64,000 bases of DNA from an uncultured Oscillibacter sp. (GTDB lineage: Bacteria > Bacillota > Clostridia > Oscillospirales > Oscillospiraceae). Shown piece by piece: positions 22,921 to 32,741 of the stretch. The first letter of the stretch is position 1. Each line of letters opens with the position of its first letter. The DNA lies in the NCBI GenBank assembly GCA_910584995.1, contig CAJUDW010000011.1, forward strand, positions 644 to 64,643, read 5' to 3'. The position numbers were made by a program, and so were the translations under genes. Under the pieces are notes generated by a model. The model made no database searches and had not been told where the DNA came from. It worked only from the letters and a program-made list of their open reading frames with translations.

Positions 22921-23571
22921 TCAGTGAAGCCCCGCCGTGAAAATGCGGAGAAAATAAGTCTCGCTCCAGGGCGGCTCCCCCAGGGGAAAGCCCAAGCGTC
23001 CCAGGAGCACGGCTGCCAGAAGCAGCAGCAAGATCCCTTCCACAAGGCCTGCCGCGCCGCCGAGAAGGGCGTTTGCATCAGACAGCAGCGGCAGCTTCAG
23101 CACCAGATCCACTGCCCGGGCGGCAATTTTCAGCAGAACCATAAACAGGAAAAAGGCCAGGATGTACAAAATCCCATGGATGACGGACTCCGCCACAGTC
23201 TCCACCACCGCCTCCACGATGGTAGCCCCGGCGTCCCGCACAGCGTCCCCGGCCCGCTCTGCCAGGGCATCCCGCAACTCTGGGGACAGGCCCAGCAGTT
23301 CCATAAGTTCCTCCGGGGCAGCGGCCTCCCAGCCCTCCCGGCTCTCCAGGGCGCCTGTCAGCCTGGCTTCCACATGGCGCTCAATAACGGGGGTGAGGAA
23401 ACGGGCGGCAGGGGCGGAGAGGGTATTGGCGGCAATCCCGGCCCCCACCAGGGAGAGCACCACGATCACCAGCCCCGACAGGGCCCGGAACAGGCCCCGC
23501 TTTATGCCGAACACGGCGAACCCAATCAATACGGCCGCCGCAGCGATGTCTATTATAACAGGTGACGTCAC
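22921..23571 (-). CDS. CvpA family membrane protein
   Basis: IIDI...FGIKRGLFRAL and NALLGGAAGLVEG; hydrophobic segments. Confidence 0.75.
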   Translation of the reverse strand: MTSPVIIDIAAAAVLIGFAVFGIKRGLFRALSGLVIVVLSLVGAGIAANTLSAPAARFLTPVIERHVEARLTGALESREGWEAAAPEELMELLGLSPELRDALAERAGDAVRDAGATIVEAVVETVAESVIHGILYILAFFLFMVLLKIAARAVDLVLKLPLLSDANALLGGAAGLVEGILLLLLAAVLLGRLGFPLGEPPWSETYFLRIFTAGLH

Positions 23572-23628
23572 GTTTTCCTACCTTTCATGCTGTAAACGTT
23601 TTGTGAACTTGGCTGTAAATGTTTGATC

Positions 23629-24777
23629 TCAAGGCAAAAATAGCTTGGCGGAATCGCTGCCCAGCAGCAGGGCGGTGCCGTCCGTCCGCATGAGGACGCC
23701 CCCGGCGTCATCCACACCCCGGAGGGAGGCGTAAACCTGCAGGTCCTGATTATACACCACCAGGCTGTCCGTGTACAGTACCGCCAGATACCGGCCTGCG
23801 GCGGAGATGTCCCGGATCTCCTGCCGGATATCCAGGGAGCCCAATTCCCGTCCGGAATCGTCCACCGTCACAAGACGGCCCACATTGCCGGACTGGTACT
23901 GGTTCAGCAGCAGGACGGCGAAGCCGTCCCCGTTCAGATCGTAATCCCGGAGGAAACTCCCGCCGTAGGAGTAGACGGCCCTGACGGAGCCCATCAGGGA
24001 GGCAAAGGTCAGGCAGGTGTCAGACACGGTGGCCAGGTAATCCCCGGTCTGCCCGATAGACAGTACCAGCCCGCCTGTCACGTCGTAATCGGCGAGGGGG
24101 GCCTCCTGGGTGAGGTCGTAGAGAATGACGTTGCTGACAAAGACCCCCTCCTCCTGGCCCAGGACCACCGCCGCCAGATATCCGCCGTCGTCGGTGACGT
24201 AGGCGTCCATCAGGAACCGCTGGGAAGAGTTGAAGGCAAACAACTCCTGCATGGCGTCCCCGTAGACCACGGCGGAGCCCTTGAGGCCGGGCTTTTCCGC
24301 CGTCACGGCCAGCATCCCCTTCCGGTTCAGTGTGGCGGAGAGGAAGGCGGAGGAGATATCGGAGGTCAGGTGCAGCGCCTCGCCGTTCTCATCCAGCACA
24401 TACAGTTCCGTACCGCCCACATCGTAGGCAACAACCCTGCCGCCGCCCTGGGCCATGGCGGGGTTGGCCATGTTGACGGGGGCGGACCAGGCCTCGCCGC
24501 CGTTTTGATCCAGCAGGCAAACGGACACGTCAGAGAGCACCACCAGCCGGTTCCCCAGGGCGGCAAAACGGTTCTTGGGGGAGATCTCGTAGCGGTAGCG
24601 GACCTGCCCGGTCTCCGCGCCGCCGTAATTCAGCCGGCGGCGGATGGCGTCAAAGCCCGTGCCGTCCCGGTAGGCGGCAGCCGTCACCAGGGCCAGCACC
24701 GCCGCCAGGACCAGGAGGAAGGGGCGGAACCGCCGGCCCCGCTTCTGTTTTCTTTTCTCGGTGGTCGTCTCAGCCAT
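23629..24777 (-). CDS. Membrane-anchored beta-propeller-like protein (DUF5711-like)
   Basis: Basic N-terminus, single TM, repeated beta-strand units (VVAYDVGG.EL.V). Start MAETTTEK overlaps the truA end. Confidence 0.7.
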   Translation of the reverse strand: MAETTTEKRKQKRGRRFRPFLLVLAAVLALVTAAAYRDGTGFDAIRRRLNYGGAETGQVRYRYEISPKNRFAALGNRLVVLSDVSVCLLDQNGGEAWSAPVNMANPAMAQGGGRVVAYDVGGTELYVLDENGEALHLTSDISSAFLSATLNRKGMLAVTAEKPGLKGSAVVYGDAMQELFAFNSSQRFLMDAYVTDDGGYLAAVVLGQEEGVFVSNVILYDLTQEAPLADYDVTGGLVLSIGQTGDYLATVSDTCLTFASLMGSVRAVYSYGGSFLRDYDLNGDGFAVLLLNQYQSGNVGRLVTVDDSGRELGSLDIRQEIRDISAAGRYLAVLYTDSLVVYNQDLQVYASLRGVDDAGGVLMRTDGTALLLGSDSAKLFLP

Positions 24778-25525
24778 GCAGTCGTTCATCCTCATACCAT
24801 AGTCTTGTGAGATACAGCCCGCCGGGGGGAACAGTGGGCCCCGCCAGGGTCCGGTCCCCCCGCTCCAGGATGGCGGGGATATCCTCCGGGCGAAGCTTCC
24901 CCTCCGCCGCGTAAAGCACCGTCCCGGTGATGGATCGGACCATATTGTATAAAAACCCGTTGGCGCACACCCGCAGTTCCAGCAGATCCCCGTTCCGGGA
25001 GACCCGGCACCAGTGGATGGTGCGGACGGTGGATTTTGTCTCCGTGCCCACGTTCCGCACCGCCCGGAAATCGTGGGTGCCCTCAAACTGGCGGGCAGCC
25101 TCATCCAGGAGAGCCTCGTCCAGACGCTTGGGATAGAAGTAGGCTCGGTTGACATAAAATGGATTCTTAAACCGGGAGTTGAAAATCCGGTAGGTATATT
25201 CTTTTTTCACGCAGGAGCCGATGGCGTTGAAGCCCTCCGGCACCTCGTAGGCCTGGAGGACGGCGATGTCCTCCGGCGTGTGGGTATTGACGGCGAAGGG
25301 CAGCCGGTCAATGGGAATCCGGCTCTCCGTGCGGAAATTGGCGATATAGCGTTCCGCGTGGACCCCGGCGTCGGTGCGGCCGCAGCCGGTGAGATGGACC
25401 GGCCCGCCGCACACTTTGCCAATGGCCTTTTCCAGGGTCTCACAGACGCTGGAGGCGTTTTTCTGCACCTGCCAGCCGTGATAGCCTGCGCCGTTGTACA
25501 TCAATTTCAGGGCAATGTTCCGCAA
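24770..25525 (-). CDS. truA: tRNA pseudouridine(38-40) synthase
   Basis: YHGWQVQ, GCGRTDAGVHA, GTHDF, NGFLYNMVR, AGPT.PP.GLYL. Confidence 0.95.
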   Translation of the reverse strand: MRNIALKLMYNGAGYHGWQVQKNASSVCETLEKAIGKVCGGPVHLTGCGRTDAGVHAERYIANFRTESRIPIDRLPFAVNTHTPEDIAVLQAYEVPEGFNAIGSCVKKEYTYRIFNSRFKNPFYVNRAYFYPKRLDEALLDEAARQFEGTHDFRAVRNVGTETKSTVRTIHWCRVSRNGDLLELRVCANGFLYNMVRSITGTVLYAAEGKLRPEDIPAILERGDRTLAGPTVPPGGLYLTRLWYEDERLHG

Positions 25526-25597
25526 AGGATTCCTCCCTCTTCCGAAGCGGCGCCCCGCCCGCCGGAACCCGGCGGAAACGGAAAGCCCGCGGTTTTG

Positions 25598-26404
25598 TTA
25601 CAGCCCGAACCGCCCCAGCACGATGACGGCAGCCATAACGGCGGCCCCCAGGATCAGGGCAGCGGCGTCCCGCCGTTGGTATTGCAGCACATGGAGCCGG
25701 GTGCGGCCCTCGCCGCCGTGGTAGCAGCGGCACTCCATAGCGGTGGCCAGTTCGTCCGCCCGCCGGAAGGCGCTGATAAACAGGGGCACTAGGATGGGGA
25801 GCAGGGCCCTGGCCTTTTCCAGCAGGTTCCCGCTCTCAAAGTCCGCCCCCCGGGCCTTCTGGGCGGACATGATCTTGTCCGTCTCCTCAATCAGGGTGGG
25901 GATGAACCGCAGGGCGATGGACATCATCATGGCCAGTTCGTGAACCGGCACCCGGAACCGCTTGAGGCCGTTCATCAGCCGCTCCAGTCCGTCGGTGAGG
26001 CTGATGGGGCTGGTGGTGTAGGTCATGAGGAAGGTGCCCATGATGAGCATCATAATCCGCAGCACCATGAAAAAGGCGCTGTGAATCCCGGCAGCGGAGA
26101 TGCGCAGGGGGCCCCACTCCAGGAGATAGGCCTCGGCAGGGGTAAAGAAAAGGTTCAACACCGCTGTAAAAACAATGATAAAGAGGATAGGCCGCAGCCC
26201 CCGGACCAGGGCCTTCAGCCCCACCCGAGAGATCCGCACGCACACGGCCAGCGTCAGGGCCAGCAGGCCATAGGAAAACAGATCCTTTGCCATGAACAGG
26301 GCCACGATATAAAAGAGCACCAGGAGGATCTTTGTCCGGGGATCCAGCCGGTGGGCCACGGTGTCGCCGGGGAAAAACTGGCCCAGGGTGATATCCTTCA
26401 GCAT
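25598..26404 (-). CDS. ecfT: ECF transporter transmembrane component T
   Basis: DITLGQF.PG...HRLDPRTK, MSIALRFIPTL, AQKARGADF, ATAMECRCY.GGEGRT. Confidence 0.94.
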   Translation of the reverse strand: MLKDITLGQFFPGDTVAHRLDPRTKILLVLFYIVALFMAKDLFSYGLLALTLAVCVRISRVGLKALVRGLRPILFIIVFTAVLNLFFTPAEAYLLEWGPLRISAAGIHSAFFMVLRIMMLIMGTFLMTYTTSPISLTDGLERLMNGLKRFRVPVHELAMMMSIALRFIPTLIEETDKIMSAQKARGADFESGNLLEKARALLPILVPLFISAFRRADELATAMECRCYHGGEGRTRLHVLQYQRRDAAALILGAAVMAAVIVLGRFGL

Positions 26405-27264
26405 GGCGCGCCTCCCTTTCCCAGGGCCAGCAGCTGCCGCTCCAGATCCTCCGGGGTGTACACCGCCGGATCCACAGGAACCCCCCGCTTCGCCAGGGCC
26501 ATGGCCACCCTGGTGATCTGGGGCACATCCAGCCCCGCGCCCAGCAGTTCTTCCGCCCGGGCGAAAACCTGGGCAGGCGTCCCATCCATGAGGATATGGG
26601 CGTTTTTCAGTACTAGGATCCGATCCGCGTTCCGGGCGATCTCGTCCATGCTGTGGCTCACCAGAATCACCGTACCTCCCCGGAGGCGGTGGTAGTCCTG
26701 GATGTTGGCCATCAGGTTCTCCCGGCCTGCCGGATCCAGCCCTGCGGTGGGCTCGTCCAGCACCAGCACCTCCGGCTCCATCGCCAGCACCCCCGCCAGG
26801 GCCACCCGGCGCTTCTGCCCGCCGGACAGTTCAAAGGGGGATTTCTCCAGATGCTCGTCCCGGACGCCGGCAATCCGGGCAGCCTCCCGGACGCAGCGAT
26901 CCAACTCTTCCCCGGCCTTCCCCATGTTGGAGGGGCCAAAGGAAATGTCCTTGTACACGGTCTCTTCAAAAAGCTGGTGCTCCGGATACTGGAAAACCAG
27001 CCCTACCCGGAACCGCACATCCCGGATTTTCTTCGGCTCCGCCCAGATGTCCTTCCCCTCCAGCAGCACACGCCCGGAGGTGGGCTTCAGCAGGCCGTTG
27101 AGATGCTGGATAAGGGTGGATTTCCCGGATCCGGTGTGGCCGATGACCCCCAGGAACTCTCCCGGGCTGACGGAAAAACTCACGTCCTCTACGGCGCTGC
27201 GCTGGAAGGGCGTACCGGCGCTATAGGTATGGGTAAGGTTTTGAATCTGTAGGATGGGTTCCAA
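26398..27264 (-). CDS. ecfA2: ECF transporter ATPase A2
   Basis: Y..GTPF, GHTGSGKSTLIQHLNGLL, FQYPEHQLFEETV, SPFELSGGQKRRVA. Confidence 0.93.
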   Translation of the reverse strand: MEPILQIQNLTHTYSAGTPFQRSAVEDVSFSVSPGEFLGVIGHTGSGKSTLIQHLNGLLKPTSGRVLLEGKDIWAEPKKIRDVRFRVGLVFQYPEHQLFEETVYKDISFGPSNMGKAGEELDRCVREAARIAGVRDEHLEKSPFELSGGQKRRVALAGVLAMEPEVLVLDEPTAGLDPAGRENLMANIQDYHRLRGGTVILVSHSMDEIARNADRILVLKNAHILMDGTPAQVFARAEELLGAGLDVPQITRVAMALAKRGVPVDPAVYTPEDLERQLLALGKGGAPC

Positions 27265-27313
27265 TCATGTATCCTCCAGTCGTTGAGATAAAAGCCAAAG
27301 GGGCAGGCCCTTT

Positions 27314-28174
27314 TCAGCGCCCCCGGCAGGCCTTGGCGATCACGTCCGCACACTCCTCCACGGAGAGTGCGTCCAGGGGCAGATCCCAGCCGTCCATCCG
27401 CAGGCGGCAGAGGAGATCCACGGTGTCCGGCACCGTCAGCCCCATGGCCCGCAGGGGGCCCGCCTGGACGAAAACCTCCCGGGGCGTGCCGTCCATCACG
27501 GCTTTGCCGCCGTCCATGACAATCACCCGGTCTGCCTCCTGGGCCTCGTTCATATGGTGGGTGATCAGGATCACGGTGATGCCCTTCTCCCGGTTCAGCC
27601 GGTGGACGGTGGACAGCACCTCCCGCCGGCCCACAGGATCCAGCATGGCGGTGGCCTCGTCCAGCACAATGCACTCCGGCTCCATGGCAATGACGCCTGC
27701 AATGGCGATCCGCTGCTTCTGCCCGCCGGAGAGGAGATGGGGCGCGTGGCAGGCAAACCCGTACATCCCCACCGCCCGGAGGGCGCTGTCCACCCGTTCC
27801 CGGATCTCCCCGCTGGGAACGCCCAGGTTTTCCGGGCCGAAGGCCACGTCCTCCTCCACCACATTGGCGACAATCTGGTTGTCCGGGTTCTGGAACACCA
27901 TACCCACCCGCTGGCGGATAGCCAGGAGAAGGCTCTCGTCGGTGGTGTCCATCCCCTCCACCCAGACCCGCCCCCCTACAGGGAGCAGGACGGCGTTGAA
28001 GGTCTTGGCCAGGGTGGATTTCCCGGAGCCGTTATGGCCCAGGACCGCCACAAAGCTGCCCTTTTCAATTTCCAAATCCACCCCCCGCAGGGCATGGACG
28101 GCCTGTCCGCCCTCGTCCGCCGGGTAGGTGAAGCGGAGGGCTTCCGTTCGGATGATCGTAGACATATCATTCAT
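27314..28174 (-). CDS. ecfA1: ECF transporter ATPase A1
   Basis: GHNGSGKSTLAK, VFQNPDNQIV, LSGGQKQRIAIAG, LDEATAMLDP. Start could also be 28165. Confidence 0.93.
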   Translation of the reverse strand: MNDMSTIIRTEALRFTYPADEGGQAVHALRGVDLEIEKGSFVAVLGHNGSGKSTLAKTFNAVLLPVGGRVWVEGMDTTDESLLLAIRQRVGMVFQNPDNQIVANVVEEDVAFGPENLGVPSGEIRERVDSALRAVGMYGFACHAPHLLSGGQKQRIAIAGVIAMEPECIVLDEATAMLDPVGRREVLSTVHRLNREKGITVILITHHMNEAQEADRVIVMDGGKAVMDGTPREVFVQAGPLRAMGLTVPDTVDLLCRLRMDGWDLPLDALSVEECADVIAKACRGR

Positions 28175-28764
28175 TCCTTACAGGGCCTTACTTGAAAGGC
28201 CCCGGTAAAATCAGGGGCGCGCCGCTTCACCAGCGCCCAGAGCCAAAAGCCGCCGAGGACGCCCAGCGCATTGAAGAACAGATCGTCGATATCAAAGGCC
28301 CTGCCTACGCAGAGCTGCCAGCACTCGATACAGCCGGTGACGGCAAGCCCCGTCCCCAGGGCCCGTTTCCAGGTGCACCCCCGCCAAAGCAGGGCGGGAA
28401 AAAATCCAAAGGGGACGAACATCACAATGTTCCCCGCCAAAAAATAGGGGCTGAACTGAATAGTCTGGAAGAGCCTCCAATTGGCCGAGCCCAGGGAAAA
28501 AAACGGATAGTCCCCCACATTCCACCGGTATCCGTGGAGGAGATCCACCAGGGACCAGACCACCCAGCGGGGCGTCAGCGTCAAAACAGCCATGCCGCCG
28601 CAGAACATCCAAAACAGGGCCATCGCCCCCTCCCGGCGGAGGGGGCTTGCATATCCGCTTCCCCCCAGCCTCCTCTTCCGCCACGGGAGCAGGCAGAGAA
28701 AGGCCGCCAGCGCCGGGACCGCTCCCCAGGCAATCGCCAGCAGATAGGCCGCCGTCCGTCCCAT
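28171..28764 (-). CDS. VanZ family membrane protein
   Basis: GNIVMFVPFGFF, IECWQL.VGRAFDIDDLFFNALG; TAATG overlap with the upstream gene. Confidence 0.85.
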   Translation of the reverse strand: MGRTAAYLLAIAWGAVPALAAFLCLLPWRKRRLGGSGYASPLRREGAMALFWMFCGGMAVLTLTPRWVVWSLVDLLHGYRWNVGDYPFFSLGSANWRLFQTIQFSPYFLAGNIVMFVPFGFFPALLWRGCTWKRALGTGLAVTGCIECWQLCVGRAFDIDDLFFNALGVLGGFWLWALVKRRAPDFTGAFQVRPCKE

Positions 28765-29627
28765 TACTCGCTGAACCACCTTCCCGCAGCCCCGCAGGGG
28801 AGGGCCAGCCCGGTCTCCGTCACGGGAAGGCCCAGTTCGTCCCAGGCACATTTCCCGCCGTACTTGCCCGCAACCAGAAGATTCAACAGGTATCCCAAAA
28901 CCGACGGGGCAAGGCCCGTGGTGTAGGAGTTGATGAGCACAAAGAGGGGCCGCTCCGACAGCGCTCCGGCGCAGAGCTTCACAAAGCCGTACAGGTTTTC
29001 CTCCAGCTTCCACACCTCGCCGCCGGGCCCCCGGCCGTAGCTGGGCGGATCCATGATAATGGCGTCGTACCGCCGCCCCCGGCGGATCTCCCTCTCCACG
29101 AATTTGGCGCAGTCATCCACAATCCAGCGGATGGGGGCGTCCTCCAAGCCGGAGAGCCGGGCGTTTTCCCTGGCCCAGGCCACCATGCCCCTGGCGGCGT
29201 CCACGTGGCACACGCTGGCCCCCGCCTTGGCGCAGGCCACAGTGGCCCCGCCGGTATAGGCGAAGAGGTTCAGGACGCTGACCGGCCGTCCGGCAGTCCG
29301 GATCTTCTCCATCACAAACTCCCAGTTCACCGCCTGCTCCGGGAAGAGGCCCGTGTGCTTGAAGTTCATCGGCTTCACTTGGAAGGTCAGGGGGCCGTAT
29401 TCCAGCTGCCAACTCTCCGGCAGCGCCGCCTTCTCCCAGTGGCCGCCGCCGGTTTTCGACCGCAGGTAGCGCCCCCCCGCCTGTTTCCAGCCGGGGTGCC
29501 GCCGGGGGCTCTCCCAGATGGCCTGGGGATCCGGCCGCACCAGCACCTGGCGTCCCCAACGCTCCAGGCGTTCGCCGCTGCCGCAGTCCAGCAGTTCATA
29601 GTCCCGCCACTTGTCCGCGATCCACAT
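28764..29627 (-). CDS. Class I SAM-dependent methyltransferase (RlmI/RlmK-related)
   Basis: W.DYELLD..GERLERWG, FKHTGLFPEQ, VLNLFAYTGGAT, IIMDPPSYGRG. Confidence 0.9.
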   Translation of the reverse strand: MWIADKWRDYELLDCGSGERLERWGRQVLVRPDPQAIWESPRRHPGWKQAGGRYLRSKTGGGHWEKAALPESWQLEYGPLTFQVKPMNFKHTGLFPEQAVNWEFVMEKIRTAGRPVSVLNLFAYTGGATVACAKAGASVCHVDAARGMVAWARENARLSGLEDAPIRWIVDDCAKFVEREIRRGRRYDAIIMDPPSYGRGPGGEVWKLEENLYGFVKLCAGALSERPLFVLINSYTTGLAPSVLGYLLNLLVAGKYGGKCAWDELGLPVTETGLALPCGAAGRWFSE

Positions 29628-29751
29628 CCGCCTTTCCTCCCTGTTCCAAAACTCCGTGCTATAGTAAATCATGTTATTATACCGCCCAGCCCCGCTCCCG
29701 TCAACGCTTTTATTGCGCGTCTCCCATTCCGGCAGCCGCCGTGGATGGGGC

Positions 29752-29780
29752 TTGACAATTCCCCGCAAATCCCATATACT
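29752..29780 (+). promoter_or_regulatory. Near-consensus sigma-A promoter upstream of the DegV gene
   Basis: TTGACA-N17-TATACT. A divergent TTGACG-N17-TATAAT (29704..29676) serves the methyltransferase operon. Confidence 0.7.
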
Positions 29781-29910
29781 GAAGTCCTAGCAATAGGCTC
29801 ATCCGGAATTGCTAGCCACAAGGTCCGGCCTTGTGGTTTTTTATCTGCCCGCCTTTTTTCGGCTCCGGCGGAAAAAGGCATAAATCCGTACATAATCAGG
29901 AGAAATCACT

Positions 29911-30777
29911 ATGTCGCCAAAGAAAATCGCCCTGCTGACGGATTCCTGCGCCGATCTGGCGCCTGCCCTGGCAGCGGAGAACCATATTTATACTGTCCCC
30001 CTGCGTATCCTCTGCGCTGACGGGGAGTACGCCGACGGCGTAGACATCACCGCTAAGGAGATTTACAGCCGCCTCCGGGCGGGGGAACTGCCCCAGACCT
30101 CCCTGCCCAAAATCGAGGACATCGCCAAGGCCCTGGAGCAGATCGCGGCGGACGGTTACGACGGCGCAATTGCCATTATGCTCTCCGGCGGCCTCTCCGG
30201 CACCTATAACATGACCCGGCTGGTGGCCGGGGAGTGGAAGGGCCTGGCTGTCCGGGTGTACGATTCCGTCAGCGGCTCTTTGGGTATGGGCCTGACGCTG
30301 CTGCAGCTGGCAGAGGATATCCGGAACGGTATGGATTGGGAGACACTGACAGAGCGGCGCGTCCCCCGTTTGATTGCCTCCACCTTCCCCTTCTTCTCTG
30401 TGGACACCCTGGAGTACCTCCAGAAGGGGGGCCGCATCGGGAAGATCACCGCCACGGCAGGGACGCTCCTGCAAATCAAGCCCATCATCACCTTCGCCGC
30501 CGACGGGCAGCTTCAATCCATCGCCAAAGTCCGGGGCCGCCACCAGGTTATCGACAAGCTGGTGGAGATGACGGTAAAGGCCTGCGGAAACCACAAGCGG
30601 TACAACCTGGCCGTGGCCAACGGCGGTGCGCCGGAGGAGATGGAAACGGTGCGGCGGAAACTGACCGAAGCCCTGCCCAATTACAGCCACATCTGGGACG
30701 GGGAAATCGACGGTACCCTCAGCGTATACATTGGCGACGGCGTACTGGGCGCGGCAGTCCAGACGCTGGACGAATAA
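29911..30777 (+). CDS. DegV family fatty-acid-binding protein
   Basis: IALLTDSCADL, PQTSLP, LSGGLSGTYN, DTLEYLQKGGRIG, LQIKPII. Confidence 0.93.
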   Translation: MSPKKIALLTDSCADLAPALAAENHIYTVPLRILCADGEYADGVDITAKEIYSRLRAGELPQTSLPKIEDIAKALEQIAADGYDGAIAIMLSGGLSGTYNMTRLVAGEWKGLAVRVYDSVSGSLGMGLTLLQLAEDIRNGMDWETLTERRVPRLIASTFPFFSVDTLEYLQKGGRIGKITATAGTLLQIKPIITFAADGQLQSIAKVRGRHQVIDKLVEMTVKACGNHKRYNLAVANGGAPEEMETVRRKLTEALPNYSHIWDGEIDGTLSVYIGDGVLGAAVQTLDE

Positions 30778-30979
30778 AGCCGGGAAAATTGCCCGCTTCT
30801 GGCGGGCAGTCCCCGCATTTACGGCCTGCAAAATATCCCCTCCGGCGTACAGCTGCCGGAGAAAACAGATCTGCGCCTTCAGGCATGGGACTCTGCGAGG
30901 CTTTTTGGGCCGCCCCTCTATCCACTAAACCAAGACCACCCCGTTTTGGGGTGGTCTTGGCTGTTTTCCGGAGCCGCTT

Positions 30980-31669
30980 TTATCGCCGGTTTTCCATAGA
31001 ACGCTCCAGCATCTCCATGATCTCCTCCGCGTGGCGGTACTCCTCCCTGCTCAACTCGTTGAAGATCCGCTGGAGGCAGGGATCTGTGGTGCCGTCCGCC
31101 GCCTGGGCGTAGTTGAGGCCGCCGCAGGCCTCCATATGATACCGCTCCCGCAGGGCCGGGCACCACCGGCCAATGCAGATGCGGCCGGTGTCAATGGCAG
31201 GCCGGTAGCACTCCCCTGTGATGAGATAGTAGGCCGCCATCAGCCGCCGGGCATGGGCGCCCTCCTCCGCCGCCATATCCCGCAGCCGCTGCCGGGCCCA
31301 GGCGGGGGCCTGGCGGCTCATGGCCAGAAGATACCGCCTGTCCGCCAGTTCCTCTTCCACGAAACCGGCCACCACGTCAACCACCGCCTGGGCGGCAGTC
31401 CCCATGCAGCAGGGATCCGGATCGGCCCCCGGCAGCTGCTCCTGCCGGGCCGCAGGCATCCCCTCCTCCGTGGCAGCCTGGGCGGCGGGGATGGGGGAAA
31501 CAGGCGGGACGGGAGGCGCCGCCTGCATAGGGGCCACCGCCGCCCCCTCCGCAATCCCCGCCCCCATTCCGGGATAGGGCTCCAGATCCGGCGCGACCCG
31601 CTGCCAAATCCTGTCATACTGCCGGAAATCGTACCCGGCGGCATTATGTAAGGTCTGTGATACGTTCAT
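30980..31669 (-). CDS. Ferritin-like/rubrerythrin-domain protein, possibly sporulation-associated
   Basis: EELADRRY, EEGAHARRL and EEYRH diiron-type motifs; Pro/Ala-rich linker; AAAGGAGG RBS. Confidence 0.75.
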   Translation of the reverse strand: MNVSQTLHNAAGYDFRQYDRIWQRVAPDLEPYPGMGAGIAEGAAVAPMQAAPPVPPVSPIPAAQAATEEGMPAARQEQLPGADPDPCCMGTAAQAVVDVVAGFVEEELADRRYLLAMSRQAPAWARQRLRDMAAEEGAHARRLMAAYYLITGECYRPAIDTGRICIGRWCPALRERYHMEACGGLNYAQAADGTTDPCLQRIFNELSREEYRHAEEIMEMLERSMENRR

Positions 31670-31973
31670 AAACCCTCCTCCTTTTCCCCCCATCCTATGC
31701 CGGAGGGCGGGATTTGGTCCCAATTTCAAATTTCCGCTTTCCGCCGCAAAAACCGGCGGCCCCCTTGGACAGATTTCCTACAAAACGGGTATACTATACC
31801 TGAAAATCCTACGTCCCTATATATTGCCTTTTTTCGTCATATCTGCTATAGTGAAAAAGGTTCCGGAGGCAGATCATGCACCGGATTGCCAAGAACTTTC
31901 CAATTCCGGGCCTGCGGATGCCGCCGCTTTGGCGGGTTTCCCGGCCCATCCCCAGAAAAGGAGGTTCCGATTC

Positions 31974-32741
31974 ATGCTGGAACTGAAACATATCAGCTAC
32001 ACTGTCTGTGAGGGAGACGGGCAGCTGGGCATCCTGAAGGATATCTCCCTCACCGTCGATGACAACCAGCTTGTGGTTTTCACCGGCCCCAACGGCGGCG
32101 GCAAGACCACCCTGGCGAAAATCATCATGGGCCTCGTGCGCCCCACCTCCGGCCAGATCCTCTGGAACGGGCAGGACATCACGGATCTCAGCATCACGGA
32201 GCGTGCCCGCCTGGGCATCAGCTACGGATTCCAGCAGCCCGCACGGTTCAAGGGGCTGACGGTGCGGAAGCTGCTGACCCTGGCCTCCGGGGACGATCAC
32301 CTCTCCAAGGACCGCTGCTGCCAGTACCTGACCCGGGTAGGCCTCTGCGCCAACGACTACCTGGATCGGGAGGTGGACGTTTCCCTCTCCGGCGGCGAGG
32401 TCAAGCGGATTGAGATCGCCACCATCCTGGCCCGCCAGGCTCCCGGCGGGGGCAGGGGGCGGAGCAACTCCCTGATGATCTTCGACGAGCCGGAAGCCGG
32501 CATTGATCTCTGGTCCTTCGCCCGTCTCACGGAGACTTTTGAGCAGATCCACAGCGCCAAGGCCGCCACAATGATCATCATCTCCCACCAGGAGCGCATC
32601 ATCTCCCTGGCGGATGAGGTGATTGTGGTGGGCGACGGCACCATCCGCCACCGGGGCGCGGCGGCGGACATCCTTCCCCAGATTCTGGCGGACACCCTGG
32701 GCAGCTGCCCGGTTTTGACCAAGGAGGTGGGCGCTTTATGA
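31974..32741 (+). CDS. sufC: SufC-like ABC ATPase
   Basis: GPNGGGKTTLAK, DLSITERARLGI..GFQQP, SLSGGEVKRIEIA, IFDEPEAGIDLWS. Confidence 0.8.
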   Translation: MLELKHISYTVCEGDGQLGILKDISLTVDDNQLVVFTGPNGGGKTTLAKIIMGLVRPTSGQILWNGQDITDLSITERARLGISYGFQQPARFKGLTVRKLLTLASGDDHLSKDRCCQYLTRVGLCANDYLDREVDVSLSGGEVKRIEIATILARQAPGGGRGRSNSLMIFDEPEAGIDLWSFARLTETFEQIHSAKAATMIIISHQERIISLADEVIVVGDGTIRHRGAAADILPQILADTLGSCPVLTKEVGAL

